Shown piece by piece: positions 50,325-60,472 of a DNA stretch of 64,000 nucleotides. Origin of the DNA: Alphaproteobacteria bacterium (GTDB taxonomy: Bacteria > Pseudomonadota > Alphaproteobacteria > GCA-2731375); assembly GCA_965225945.1 (NCBI GenBank), contig CBDDBZ010000030.1, positions 1 to 64,000 on the forward strand. The letters are read 5' to 3'. The notes beneath the pieces were generated by a model. It worked only from the letters and a program-made list of their open reading frames with translations, was not told the origin of the DNA and did no database searches. A program made the translations under genes and the position numbers. Within the stretch, counting starts at the first letter, position 1. The number at the start of each line of letters is the position of its first letter.

Positions 50325-51506
50325 TAGTGTCCTGATCGATAAATTAATATGATTATGTCTCTATTTGTTTGCAGGAGGCGCGATTGATGGCGAGAGTGGC
50401 GGTGACGATCTCTTTGAGCGATGACGAGCGCGCCGAATTGGAGGCGCTGTCTCGTCGTCGCAAGACCTCGCAGGGGCTTGCGCGGCGGGCTCGGATCGTC
50501 TTGGCGGCGGCGGAAGGGTTGGAGAACAAGGAGATCGCCGTTCGTCTCGAGGCGAGCGCGGACACCGTGGGCAAGTGGCGTCGCCGCTATGCGGCGGAGG
50601 GCCTCGACGGTCTGTACGACGAACCCCGCCCCGGCGCGCCGCGTCAAATCGGCGATGACGCCATCGCGGAAGCGGTCCGGCTGACGCTGGAAGAGACGCC
50701 GCCGGACGCGACCCATTGGAGCCTTCGCTCGATGGCGCGGGCGAGCGGCCACGCGCCCTCGACCATTCATCGCATCTGGCGGGCCTTCGGCTTGCAGCCG
50801 CATCGCTCGGAGACCTTCAAGCTGTCGAGCGATCCCTTCTTCGTGGAGAAGGTCCGCGACATCGTCGGTCTGTATTTGGCGCCGCCGGATCGTGCCCTGG
50901 TTCTCTGTGTCGACGAAAAGAGCCAGATCCAGGCCTTGGACCGTTCCCAGCCCCTCTTGCCGATGCGCCCCGGGCAGGCGGAGCGGCGCAGCCACGACTA
51001 CAAGCGCCACGGCACGACCTCTCTCTTCGCGGCCCTCGACATCGCCACGGGAGAGATCATCGGCAAATGTTTCCCGCGCCATCGGGCCCGAGAGTTCCGC
51101 AAATTCCTCGACCTCGTCGAGGCGAACGTCCCTGGTGATCTCGACATCCACATCGTCATGGACAACTACGGGACCCACAAGACCAAGGCGATCCGCGACT
51201 GGTTCGCCAAACGGCCGCGCTGGCAGGCCCATTTCACACCCACCAGCGCCTCCTGGCTCAACCAGGTCGAGCGCTGGTTCGGGCTGCTGACCGACAAGCA
51301 GATCAGGCGCGGCGTCCATCGCTCCACCAAGGAGTTGGAGCGCACCATCCTCGACTACATCGACACGACAAACCAGAACCCCAAACCCTTCAAATGGACC
51401 AAATCCGCCGATACATCCTCGGCGCCATCCAGCGCTTCTGCCTCCGAACAATCGAAATCGCTGAACAGCAGGCGAAAATCATGCGAACTTCGGAATCGGG
51501 ACACTA
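50325..51506 (+). mobile_element. IS630-family insertion sequence at a CTAG site
   Basis: IRs tagtgtcctgat / atcgggacacta, with TA at both ends inside CTAG. Confidence 0.9.
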
Positions 51507-51511
51507 GATGA
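50387..51511 (+). CDS. IS630 transposase (1-nt deletion near 51412 alters the C-terminal tail)
   Basis: DDE motifs VDEKS, MDNY, WLNQVE.WF. The other frame after KWTKSAD reads ILGAIQRFC...SESGH* ending in the IR. Confidence 0.88.
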   Translation: MARVAVTISLSDDERAELEALSRRRKTSQGLARRARIVLAAAEGLENKEIAVRLEASADTVGKWRRRYAAEGLDGLYDEPRPGAPRQIGDDAIAEAVRLTLEETPPDATHWSLRSMARASGHAPSTIHRIWRAFGLQPHRSETFKLSSDPFFVEKVRDIVGLYLAPPDRALVLCVDEKSQIQALDRSQPLLPMRPGQAERRSHDYKRHGTTSLFAALDIATGEIIGKCFPRHRAREFRKFLDLVEANVPGDLDIHIVMDNYGTHKTKAIRDWFAKRPRWQAHFTPTSASWLNQVERWFGLLTDKQIRRGVHRSTKELERTILDYIDTTNQNPKPFKWTKSADTSSAPSSASASEQSKSLNSRRKSCELRNRDTR

Positions 51512-51526
51512 TAATAACGTTTGAAA

Positions 51527-51572
51527 TATCAATACGTTGACTAAGTTCATCCCGTCTCGGCACGGTTCTTGA
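51527..51572 (+). promoter_or_regulatory. IHF site plus sigma54-type promoter of glnK-amtB
   Basis: tatcaatacgttg matches WATCAANNNNTTR (51527-39). cggcacggttcttga is GG-N10-GA, a -24/-12 variant (51558-72). Confidence 0.6.
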
Positions 51573-51631
51573 AAAACATGAGGGGACGGCGAAGACCGGC
51601 GTCGCCAGGCGTCACGAGGGGAGAGACAGCG

Positions 51632-51979
51632 ATGAAACTCGTCACGGCCGTGATCAAGCCGTTCAAGTTGGACGACGTCCGCGAGGCCTTGACCGCGATC
51701 GGTATCCAAGGCCTGACGGTCTCGGAAGCTCGGGGCTATGGCCGCCAGGGGGGTCACACGGAAATCTATCGGGGTGCCGAATACGCCGTGAACAACCTGG
51801 CGAAAATCCGTCTCGAGGTCGCGGTGTCGGACGAGATGGTCGAGCGGGTGGTCGACGCGATCATCGCCGCCGCCCGCACCGGGCAAATCGGCGACGGCAA
51901 GATCTTCGTCCACGACCTGGGCCAGGCGGCCCGAATCCGCACCGCCGAGCGCGACCAGGACGCCCTTTCAGCCTGCTGA
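51632..51979 (+). CDS. glnK: PII nitrogen regulatory protein
   Basis: IKPFKLDDVREAL, YRGAEY (Tyr51) and GDGKIF. Upstream of amtB. Confidence 0.92.
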   Translation: MKLVTAVIKPFKLDDVREALTAIGIQGLTVSEARGYGRQGGHTEIYRGAEYAVNNLAKIRLEVAVSDEMVERVVDAIIAAARTGQIGDGKIFVHDLGQAARIRTAERDQDALSAC

Positions 51980-52005
51980 AGCAAACAAAACGGAAAGGAA
52001 CTCCG

Positions 52006-53295
52006 ATGCGCATCAATTCTTTTCGCCCGGCCGCCGCGTTGACCTCGGCGCTGGTCGCTGGGCTCTGGGCGGGCCCCGCGGCGGCCGCCGAGCTCAACAG
52101 CGGCGACACCGCCTGGATGCTGACCTCGACCGCCATCGTCCTGATGATGACGATCCCGGGCATCGCCCTCTTCTACGGCGGCATGGTCCGTAAGAAGAAC
52201 GTGCTCGCGACCCTGATGCAGAGCTTCGCCACTTGCTGCCTCGCCACCGTGATCTGGATGGTGATCGGCTATTCCCTCGCCTTCGGCGGCGAGGGGGCGT
52301 TCCATGGCGGCTTCTCCAAGATCTTCCTGGCCTCCATGACCAAGGAGGCGATGAGCGGGAGCATCCCGGAAAGCGTCTTCATGACCTTCCAGATGACCTT
52401 CGCCATCATCACCCCGGCGCTGATCACCGGTGCGGTGGCGGAGCGGATGAAGTTTTCCGCGCTCATGGTCTTCATCGGCCTCTGGTCGATCCTGGTCTAT
52501 GCGCCGATCGCCCACTGGGTTTGGGGCGAGGGCGGTTTCCTCGCCGCCGCGGGCGTGCTCGACTTCGCCGGCGGCACCGTCGTGCACATCAATTCGGGCG
52601 TCGCGGCGCTGGTCGTCTGCATCATGCTCGGCAAGCGGCTTGGCTATGGTCGCGAGAATCTAGCGCCGCACCATGTCGGGTTCACCGTCATCGGCGCCTC
52701 GCTGCTCTGGGTCGGCTGGTTCGGTTTCAATGCCGGCTCGGCGCTGGCGGCCGACAATGGCGCCGGCATGGCCATGGCGGTGACCCAGATCGCGACCGCG
52801 ACCGCCGCCCTCGCCTGGATGGCGGTGGAGTGGATCCGGGACGGCAAGCCGAGCGTGCTCGGCATCGCCTCGGGCGCGATCGCCGGTCTCGTCGCGATCA
52901 CGCCGGCGGCCGGCTTCATCGCCCCCGGCGCCGCCCTGGTCCTGGGCGCGATCGCCGGCGTGGTCTGCTACTGGGCCGTCACCTGGCTCAAGCTCAAGCT
53001 CGGCTATGACGATTCGCTCGACGTCTTCGGCGTCCACGGCGTCGGCGGCATCGTCGGCGCGCTGCTGACCGGCGTGTTCGCCAGCGAGGCGATCGGCGGC
53101 ACAGCGGGCCTCCTGGAAGGCAACGCCATGCAGGTGGTGAAGCAGGCCGAGGGCATCGCCGCCATCATCGTCTACACCGCCGTGGTCTCGGCGGTCCTGA
53201 TCAAGCTGATCGACCTGGTGATGGGAATCCGGGTGGACGAGGATAGCGAGCGCGAGGGTCTCGATATTCGCCTCCACGGCGAAAGCGTGATGTGA
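52006..53295 (+). CDS. amtB: Ammonium transporter
   Basis: Motifs DFAGGTVVH, GWFGFNAGS and DDSLDVFGVHG (twin-His intact). Confidence 0.96.
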   Translation: MRINSFRPAAALTSALVAGLWAGPAAAAELNSGDTAWMLTSTAIVLMMTIPGIALFYGGMVRKKNVLATLMQSFATCCLATVIWMVIGYSLAFGGEGAFHGGFSKIFLASMTKEAMSGSIPESVFMTFQMTFAIITPALITGAVAERMKFSALMVFIGLWSILVYAPIAHWVWGEGGFLAAAGVLDFAGGTVVHINSGVAALVVCIMLGKRLGYGRENLAPHHVGFTVIGASLLWVGWFGFNAGSALAADNGAGMAMAVTQIATATAALAWMAVEWIRDGKPSVLGIASGAIAGLVAITPAAGFIAPGAALVLGAIAGVVCYWAVTWLKLKLGYDDSLDVFGVHGVGGIVGALLTGVFASEAIGGTAGLLEGNAMQVVKQAEGIAAIIVYTAVVSAVLIKLIDLVMGIRVDEDSEREGLDIRLHGESVM

Positions 53296-53376
53296 TCCCA
53301 ATGCTGGCGGCGGGGCGGCTCGGCGCCGCCCCGCCGGCCAAATTCGAGGCCCTCGTTCGAACCGGAACAAACCACG

Positions 53377-53406
53377 AAGAGCGAGGCCTGGGACCTCCCT
53401 CTTTTT
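53377..53406 (+). terminator. Putative intrinsic terminator after amtB
   Basis: Stem aagagcgagg / cctccctctt (one mismatch) running into TTTTT. Confidence 0.45.
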
Positions 53407-53545
53407 ATGCTCGACGCGAGCTTTCAGCCGCAAGCCCTTGTGTGGACAGTGAGATGTGGATACAGTATATTCTCGGCGTTTAGGTTATGTTCGCTATCGG
53501 GCGAATCGCTCCGCGAATGGGTGCGAATCACTTCGGGTCACGGCC

Positions 53546-54736
53546 ATGTTCAACCCTCGTCTCGGCCTCCTTCCCGACTATCCCTTCGAGCGCCTGCGCG
53601 GCCTGCTGGACCATCTGCCGCCGGCCGAGGGCGTGGAGCAAATTTGGATGAGCCTGGGGGAGCCGCGCCATCCCTACCCCGACCTGGTCGCCCAGACGAT
53701 GGCGGAAAACGCCCATCTCTACGGCAAGTATCCGCCCAATCGCGGCACCCCGGCGTTGCGCCAGGCGATCGCCGAGTGGCTCCGGCGACGCTACGCCCTG
53801 CCGGAGGGGCTGATCAGCGCGGACGCGAACGTGGTCGCCATCTCCGGCACCCGCGAGGGCCTCTTCATGTGCGCGCTGATCTATGTGCCGGAGGAAAAGG
53901 CGGGCGGCCGGCCGACGGTGCTGATGCCCAATCCCTTCTACCAGTGCTACGCGGGCGCGGCCTTGGCGGCGGGGGCGGAGCCGGTCTATCTGGCGACGCC
54001 GAGGGCGGCGAATTTTCTCCCCGACCTCGACGCCCTCGACGAGGATCTGCTGGCGCGCACCGCCCTCTTCTACCTCTGTTCGCCCGCCAATCCCCAAGGC
54101 ACGATGGCCGACGCCGGCTATCTCGAACGCTTGCTCGGACTCGCCCGGCGGCATGAATTCGTCCTGGCGATGGACGAGTGCTATGCCGAGATTTACACTG
54201 CGGAGGCGCCGCTCGGCTGCCTCGAAGTCGCCGAGCAGATGGGGGGCTCGCTCGACAACCTGTTGGTTTTCCACTCGCTTTCCAAACGCTCCAACGTGCC
54301 GGGACTACGTTCCGGCTTCGTCGCAGGGGATGCAGGCTTGATCGCCCGCTTCGCCAAGATGCGCGACTATGGCGGCAATCCGGCGCCGCTTCCGATCGAC
54401 GCGACGGCGACCGCGCTCTGGCGCGCGGAGAGCCACGTGGTCGAGAACCGCCGGCTCTACCAGGAGAAGTTCAACCTCGCCGAGCAGGTGATCGGCAATC
54501 GCTTCGGCTTTTACAAGCCCAAGGGCGGCTTCTTCCTCTGGCTCGACGTCGGCGACGGGGTCGAGGCGACACGCGGGCTGTGGACCGAGGCGGCACTCCG
54601 GGTTCTGCCGGGGGCCTATCTCACCGCCGATGTCGCGGGCGAGGAAAACGCGGGCACACCCTATATCCGCCTCGCCATGGTGCACGACCGGGAGACCACG
54701 GCGGAGGCGCTGCGTCGCCTCGCCGAGGTGCTCTAG
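53546..54736 (+). CDS. Class I/II PLP aminotransferase (DapC-like)
   Basis: Motifs YPF.RL, CSPANPQG, DECY.EIY, SLSKRS..PGLRSG. Confidence 0.88.
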   Translation: MFNPRLGLLPDYPFERLRGLLDHLPPAEGVEQIWMSLGEPRHPYPDLVAQTMAENAHLYGKYPPNRGTPALRQAIAEWLRRRYALPEGLISADANVVAISGTREGLFMCALIYVPEEKAGGRPTVLMPNPFYQCYAGAALAAGAEPVYLATPRAANFLPDLDALDEDLLARTALFYLCSPANPQGTMADAGYLERLLGLARRHEFVLAMDECYAEIYTAEAPLGCLEVAEQMGGSLDNLLVFHSLSKRSNVPGLRSGFVAGDAGLIARFAKMRDYGGNPAPLPIDATATALWRAESHVVENRRLYQEKFNLAEQVIGNRFGFYKPKGGFFLWLDVGDGVEATRGLWTEAALRVLPGAYLTADVAGEENAGTPYIRLAMVHDRETTAEALRRLAEVL

Positions 54737-54739
54737 CGC

Positions 54740-57121
54740 ATGATCCGCGCGCGAAATCGCCGGATGGGGGTCCGTGAGATGAGCGAACTAGGTGGCCTTG
54801 GACGTCTGACCTTGCTGCCGGCGGGTGCGGCGCCCTTTCTTCGCCGCCGCGCGGGCGAGTTCGCCGGCCTCGGCGCCCTGGCCCTGGCGGCGACCTTGGC
54901 CCTGGCGCTCGCCAGCTTTGAGGCCAGCGATGCGAGCTGGAACACCGCCGGCGGCGGAACGATTGCCAACTGGCTCGGCGCGCCGGGGGCACTGACCGCC
55001 GATCTGCTGCTGCAGGCGATCGGCCTCGCCGCGGTACCACCGATCCTGGTTCTGTTCGTCTGGTCCTGGCACCTCTTGTCGCATCGCGGAATCCGCCGTT
55101 TCGGCTGGCGGCTGGCGGCGCTCGCAATCGCGGTCGCCACCGCCGCCGTGCTGGCCGCGAGCGTGGCGACGCCCGCCGCATGGCCGCTGGCCAGCGGTCT
55201 CGGTGGCGTCGGCGGCGACCTCGCGGTCCAGGGCATCGGGCACCTGGCCGCGGCCTTCGGCTTCGTTCCCCGGCCGCAGGCGATCGCCGTGGGCGCGAGC
55301 GGCCTGGCGCTCGCCGCCGGGCTCCTGGCCTTGGGGCTCGACAGAGGCGAATGGCTGGGCGTCGGGCATGGCGTGGCGGGGCTCGCTCGGATCGCCGTCG
55401 CTCTCCTCGCCCAGCCGGCTCGGCTCGGCCGGGGCATTCGGGCGCGCCTCGCGCGTCGCCGGGCGCCGCTCGCCGAGGACGGCGGGGGCCAGGCGACGCC
55501 GACTCGAGCCCGGCCCGCGCGCCGTGTCGCCAAGTCGAAAGTGCGGGAGACGCGCGGCAAGCGAGCCGAGGCGGCCGATCAGTCCAGCCTGGATCTGGGA
55601 CCGGTCGGCGACTATCAGCTCCCACCGCTGAGTCTCTTGGCCGAGCCGGACCCGGGGAATCGCGGCACCGCCGTCAACGAGGAAGCGCTGGAGCAGAACG
55701 CCCGCATGTTGGAGTCGGTGCTGGACGACTACGGTGTCCGCGGCCGCATCATCAAGGTCCGGCCCGGCCCGGTGGTCACGCTTTACGAACTGGAGCCGGC
55801 GCCCGGCACCAAATCGAGCCGGGTCATTGGCCTCGCCGACGACATCGCCCGCTCTATGAGCGCGATCTCGGTCCGTGTCGCCGTGGTGCCGGGGCGCAAC
55901 GTCATCGGCATCGAATTGCCCAACCTCGACCGCGAGGACGTGCTGCTGCGCGAACTTCTGGCCAGCAACGACTTCGAGGATCCCCAGATCGCCCTCGGCC
56001 TGGCGCTCGGCCGCGACATCGGCGGCGCGCCCGTGCTGGCCGACCTCGCCCGAATGCCGCACCTGCTGATCGCCGGCACCACGGGGTCGGGCAAGTCGGT
56101 CGCCATCAACACCATGATCCTCTCGCTGCTCTACCGCCTGCCGCCGGAGCGTTGCCGGATGATCATGATCGATCCGAAGATGCTGGAACTGAGCGTCTAC
56201 GACGACATCCCCCATCTCCTGACCCCCGTGGTGACCGATCCGGCCAAGGCCGTCGTCGCGCTGAAGTGGACCGTCCGCGAGATGGAGACCCGCTACAAGG
56301 CGATGGCGCGGCTCGGCGTGCGCAACATCACCGGCTACAACCAGCGTCTGGCCGAGGCCCGCGACAAGGACGAGAAGCTGACCCGAACGGTGCAGACCGG
56401 CTTCGATCCCGAGACCGGCAAGCCGATTTTCGAGCAGCAGTTGCTCGAGCTGGAGCCGTTGCCCTTCATCGTCGTCGTGGTCGACGAGATGGCCGACCTG
56501 ATGATGCTCGCCGGCAAGGACATCGAGGGCGCGATCCAACGCCTGGCGCAGATGGCGCGGGCCGCGGGCATTCATCTCATCATGGCGACGCAACGGCCCT
56601 CGGTCGACGTCATCACCGGGACCATCAAGGCCAACTTCCCGACCCGCATCTCTTTCCAGGTGACCAGCAAGATCGACAGCCGCACGATTCTCGGCGAACA
56701 GGGTGCCGAGCAGCTTCTGGGCCAGGGTGACATGCTCTACATGGTCGGCGGCGGCCGGGTCACCCGAGTGCACGGTCCCTTGGTCTCGGACGGCGAAGTC
56801 GAGCGGATCGCCACCTACCTCCGGGGCCAGGGGGAGCCGGACTATCTCGACGCGGTGACCGAGGACGACGGCGAGGGTGGCGGCGAGGGGTTTGCGGGCG
56901 CCGACATGGGCGGCAGCGGCGACGAGTTCTACGACCGCGCCGTCGATGTCGTCGCGCGCCACCGCAAGGCCTCCACCAGCTTCGTGCAGCGGCAATTGCA
57001 GATCGGCTATAATCGCGCCGCCAACCTGATCGAGCGGATGGAGGACGAGGGCGTGATCGGCCCACCGAATCACGTCGGCAAGCGGGAAATCTTCGTCCGC
57101 GATCCGAGCGAGGACTTGTAG
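54740..57121 (+). CDS. ftsK: DNA translocase FtsK
   Basis: 4TM N-terminus, [21 protein letters not shown] and a gamma domain. Start may be 54779. Confidence 0.96.
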   Translation: MIRARNRRMGVREMSELGGLGRLTLLPAGAAPFLRRRAGEFAGLGALALAATLALALASFEASDASWNTAGGGTIANWLGAPGALTADLLLQAIGLAAVPPILVLFVWSWHLLSHRGIRRFGWRLAALAIAVATAAVLAASVATPAAWPLASGLGGVGGDLAVQGIGHLAAAFGFVPRPQAIAVGASGLALAAGLLALGLDRGEWLGVGHGVAGLARIAVALLAQPARLGRGIRARLARRRAPLAEDGGGQATPTRARPARRVAKSKVRETRGKRAEAADQSSLDLGPVGDYQLPPLSLLAEPDPGNRGTAVNEEALEQNARMLESVLDDYGVRGRIIKVRPGPVVTLYELEPAPGTKSSRVIGLADDIARSMSAISVRVAVVPGRNVIGIELPNLDREDVLLRELLASNDFEDPQIALGLALGRDIGGAPVLADLARMPHLLIAGTTGSGKSVAINTMILSLLYRLPPERCRMIMIDPKMLELSVYDDIPHLLTPVVTDPAKAVVALKWTVREMETRYKAMARLGVRNITGYNQRLAEARDKDEKLTRTVQTGFDPETGKPIFEQQLLELEPLPFIVVVVDEMADLMMLAGKDIEGAIQRLAQMARAAGIHLIMATQRPSVDVITGTIKANFPTRISFQVTSKIDSRTILGEQGAEQLLGQGDMLYMVGGGRVTRVHGPLVSDGEVERIATYLRGQGEPDYLDAVTEDDGEGGGEGFAGADMGGSGDEFYDRAVDVVARHRKASTSFVQRQLQIGYNRAANLIERMEDEGVIGPPNHVGKREIFVRDPSEDL

Positions 57122-57139
57122 TCGGAGACGCCGGACGCC

Positions 57140-57820
57140 ATGATTCCCACCGGCCCGGGCGAGCAGCGAGGAGGTGCGCGCGTGGCACGATCATGGCTAC
57201 GACAGCTGGGCCGGAGCCTGCTCGTGGCGTGTCTCTGGCTCGGCCTCGCGAGCGCGGCCGCCGGGGCGGAGCTCGGTGAGGCGGACAAGGCGGACGTTGC
57301 CCGTATCGCCGCCTATCTGAACGATGTCCGCTCGCTGAAGGCGCGCTTCATCCAAGTCGGCCCCAACGGCGAGCTGGCGCAAGGCGACCTCTATCTCCGC
57401 CGCCCGGGCCGGCTGCGTTTCGAATACGACCCGCCGAGCCCCCTGCTGCTGGTGGCCGACGGCTTTTGGCTCATCCTGCAAGACAAGGAGCTGGAGCAGG
57501 TGAGCCGCTGGCCGGTGAACGACACGCCCTTGGGCGTGCTGGTCGCCGACGATATCGAGCTCGACGGGCGGCGCACCCGGGTCACCGAGGTCGGGCGCCG
57601 CGCGGGCGTGTTGACGGTGACACTGATCGACCGGGAACGGCCAGACGAGGGCTCGGTCACCCTGGTGTTCTCAGACTCGCCGCTCAGGCTCCGGCAGTGG
57701 CGGATCGTGGATGCGCAGGGCGGGGTCACCAACCTCTCCTTGCAGCGGACCCAGCTCAATCCGAAGCTCGATCCCGAACTCTTCGTCTTCACCGATCCCG
57801 AAGGGACCTATGATCGTTGA
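57140..57820 (+). CDS. lolA: Outer-membrane lipoprotein carrier LolA family
   Basis: Signal peptide, F.Q, RPGRLRFEY, TPL, W...D.QG. Follows ftsK. Start uncertain. Confidence 0.85.
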   Translation: MIPTGPGEQRGGARVARSWLRQLGRSLLVACLWLGLASAAAGAELGEADKADVARIAAYLNDVRSLKARFIQVGPNGELAQGDLYLRRPGRLRFEYDPPSPLLLVADGFWLILQDKELEQVSRWPVNDTPLGVLVADDIELDGRRTRVTEVGRRAGVLTVTLIDRERPDEGSVTLVFSDSPLRLRQWRIVDAQGGVTNLSLQRTQLNPKLDPELFVFTDPEGTYDR

Positions 57821-57937
57821 TGCATGATCCGCTCCCGACGGTTGGATCGCGGGCGCGGGGCGGATAGGATGCGGACCCGTTCGAGCGAATCATGCCGCGT
57901 ATGGCCGGCCCTGGGCAGGCGTAGTCGGGAATTGGGT

Positions 57938-58750
57938 ATGAGCGAGGCGACCCTCCGGCCCTTGGTCGGGATCATCACCAACTACAAGGACGGGGATCAC
58001 CACGTCCATCACGCCGTCAGCGACACATACGTCCAGGCGGTGGCGAGCGCGACCAGCGGCGTGCCCGTCGGCCTGCCGGCGCTGGGCGACGGCTTCGACG
58101 CCGAGGGCTGGCTCGCCCACCTCGACGGCGTGGTGCTGACGGGCGGTGCCTCCAACATCGAGCCGCATCGCTATGACCAGGAGGTTCGCGACGGCGACGA
58201 GAGCGAGCGCGACGCGATGCGCGATGGCAGCGCGATCGCGCTGGTCCGGGGCGCCGTCCGGCGCGGCGTGCCGCTGCTCGGGATCTGCCGGGGCATCCAG
58301 GAAATGAACGTCGCCCTCGGCGGCAGCCTTTATCCGCTGCTCCATCAAGTCCCCGGGCGTCGCGATCACCGCCGCCAGCGCGACCAGCCCCGGGAGGTCC
58401 AGTTGGCGCCCCGCCACCGCCTACGCTTGACGCCGGGCAGCCTGATGGCGGCCATCGCCGAGGCGGAGGAGGTGGTGGTCAACTCGCTCCACGGCCAGGG
58501 GATCGACCGTTTGGCGCCCGGACTGCAGGTCGACGGCGTGGCCGACGACGGCACCATCGAGGCGGTCTCGGCGCCGAGCGCGCCGGGCTTCGTTCTGGGC
58601 GTGCAGTGGCATTGCGAGCATAGCCCCGAGGCGACGCCGCTCCACGGCAAGATCTTCGCCGCCTTCGACAAGGCGATCCGGGCGCACGCCCTCGCGCGTT
58701 CCGCCGGCGCGGACAAGCCGCGAGCCCTGCCGGTGCGAGCGGCGCAATGA
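57938..58750 (+). CDS. Peptidase C26 gamma-glutamyl hydrolase (PuuD-like)
   Basis: Motifs DG..LTGG, LGICRG.Q, VNSLHGQ, GVQWHCE. Confidence 0.88.
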   Translation: MSEATLRPLVGIITNYKDGDHHVHHAVSDTYVQAVASATSGVPVGLPALGDGFDAEGWLAHLDGVVLTGGASNIEPHRYDQEVRDGDESERDAMRDGSAIALVRGAVRRGVPLLGICRGIQEMNVALGGSLYPLLHQVPGRRDHRRQRDQPREVQLAPRHRLRLTPGSLMAAIAEAEEVVVNSLHGQGIDRLAPGLQVDGVADDGTIEAVSAPSAPGFVLGVQWHCEHSPEATPLHGKIFAAFDKAIRAHALARSAGADKPRALPVRAAQ

Positions 58751-59796
58751 CCGAGGCGGCGGTCCAGGACGCCCGGCGCGCCTTCTACGAGCGGATCGCC
58801 ACGCGCCACATGACGCCGCTATGGGAGGTCGTGCACCAACTGGTCTCGTCGGCGCCATCGCCGGCGGCCGAGCCGGTGGTGTGGCGCTATGGGGATATTC
58901 GCGACGATATCTTGGAGTCCGGCGGGTTGATCACTGCCAAGGAGGCGGTGCGCCGCGTCCTGGTGCTGGAGAACCCGGGTCTCGCCGGCACCAGCCGCGT
59001 CACCGACACGCTCTATGCCGGAATGCAGCTCATCCTGCCGGGAGAGGTGGCGCCGGCGCACCGCCATTCTCAGAGCGCGCTCCGCTTCGTCATCGAGGGC
59101 GAGGGCGCCTATACCGCCGTCGAGGGCGAGCGGGCCTATATGGCGCCGGGCGACTTCGTCATCACGCCGACGTGGTGCTGGCACGACCACGGCAACGAAA
59201 GCGAGGCGGCGATGATCTGGCTCGACGGGCTCGACATCCCGATCGTCGCCCTGTTGCGCGCGACCTTCGCCGAGCCCTATCCCGAGGACGCCCAGGTCGA
59301 GAGCCGACCCTCCGGCGATTCGCTGGCGCGTTACGGCGCCGGCCTGCTGCCGGTCGACCATGAGGCACGCTCCCCGGTCTCGCCGCTCTTCCACTATCCC
59401 TTTGAGCGCACCCGCGAGGCGCTGGAGACCATGCGCCGGCGCGAGGCCTGGGACCCCTGCCACGGCCTGAAGCTCCGCTACGTCAATCCGGCGACCGGCG
59501 GTCCGGCGATGGCGACCATCGGTACCTTCATGCAGCTCCTGCCCAAGGGCTTCGCCGGCGAGGACTACCGCTCGACCGACGGCCAGGTGTTCTCCGTGGT
59601 CGAGGGCCGGGGCCGGACAGTGGTCGGCGCGACGGTGCTGGAATGGGGCCCGCGCGACACCTTCGTCGTGCCCGCCTGGGCCCGTCATCGCCACCTCGCG
59701 GACGCCGACGCGGTCCTGTTCAGCTTCTCCGACCGACCGGTGCAGACGGCGCTCGGCCTCTGGCGCGAGGCGCGCGGCAACGGCGGCGACGGATGA
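58747..59796 (+). CDS. gtdA: Gentisate 1,2-dioxygenase (bicupin)
   Basis: Motifs RRVL.LENPG, APAHRHSQSALRF, WHDH, WLDGLD.P, YVNPATG. Confidence 0.88.
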   Translation: MTEAAVQDARRAFYERIATRHMTPLWEVVHQLVSSAPSPAAEPVVWRYGDIRDDILESGGLITAKEAVRRVLVLENPGLAGTSRVTDTLYAGMQLILPGEVAPAHRHSQSALRFVIEGEGAYTAVEGERAYMAPGDFVITPTWCWHDHGNESEAAMIWLDGLDIPIVALLRATFAEPYPEDAQVESRPSGDSLARYGAGLLPVDHEARSPVSPLFHYPFERTREALETMRRREAWDPCHGLKLRYVNPATGGPAMATIGTFMQLLPKGFAGEDYRSTDGQVFSVVEGRGRTVVGATVLEWGPRDTFVVPAWARHRHLADADAVLFSFSDRPVQTALGLWREARGNGGDG

Positions 59797-60410
59797 GCGA
59801 TTCGTTGGCTTCCGGCGACGGCGAGCCCCCCCTCGACGATGAGGAAGACCTGGATCTCGGCGAATTTCCGGGGCTCCGCGCCCTCGCCAGGTTTGCCCGC
59901 TTGGTCCCCGATCTCGGCTGGTTCCAGAACCTCGGCAACGAGTTGGACGAGGACGAAATCGAATGGGCCGAGGCCTATCTGGCGGAGATGGGCTTTCCCG
60001 ACTCGACCGTGGCCCCCGTCGGCGACTGGGAGGAGGCGGCGGCCGCCGCCGCCAGCGCCGACTGGAACAGCCCCTGGTGGGAGGCGGAGGAGGGGCTTCG
60101 CGCCGCGCTGATGGTGGAGGCCTGCGCGCGGATCGGCGAGGAGCGGCTGGAAGTCGCGTTGGCCCACCTCGCCGCCCGAGCCGCCGACGCGATCCGAGTC
60201 GGGGCCGAGGTGGCCGCCGCCCGAGACGGCGTAATCGACGAGGAGTTGGTGCGCGCCGCCGCCGGCGCCGCCGCCCAGGCCGCGCATCAGGCGGCACTGG
60301 TCCTCGCCGCCGAGATCGAGGACGAGCATCCCTTCGCTCTCAAGTTCCGCCTCTTCGAGACCGGCCGCTGGCCCATCGGCCTCACCGGCCACAGTTTTCA
60401 TCTCTACTGA
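59793..60410 (+). CDS. Acidic hypothetical protein
   Basis: ATGA-coupled to gtdA. C-terminal HPF..KF.LF..GRWP.G. Confidence 0.7.
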   Translation: MSDSLASGDGEPPLDDEEDLDLGEFPGLRALARFARLVPDLGWFQNLGNELDEDEIEWAEAYLAEMGFPDSTVAPVGDWEEAAAAAASADWNSPWWEAEEGLRAALMVEACARIGEERLEVALAHLAARAADAIRVGAEVAAARDGVIDEELVRAAAGAAAQAAHQAALVLAAEIEDEHPFALKFRLFETGRWPIGLTGHSFHLY

Positions 60411-60472
60411 ACGGGAGTGTTCATGTCCCCGGTGACGCTCACATTCACCCACGCTGCCTCGGGCGGCGCCTG

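Noticed and set aside
53440-53465. Two DnaA-box-like 9-mers (tgtggacag, tgtggatac)
   Set aside because: Only 7/9 and 8/9 matches, with no origin context.
41215-57073. Very long alternative ORFs (for example 41215..43590 -, 54788..57073 -, 47419..48354 -)
   Set aside because: These are Arg/Pro/Gly-rich off-frame or antisense shadows of well-supported genes, as expected in very GC-rich DNA.
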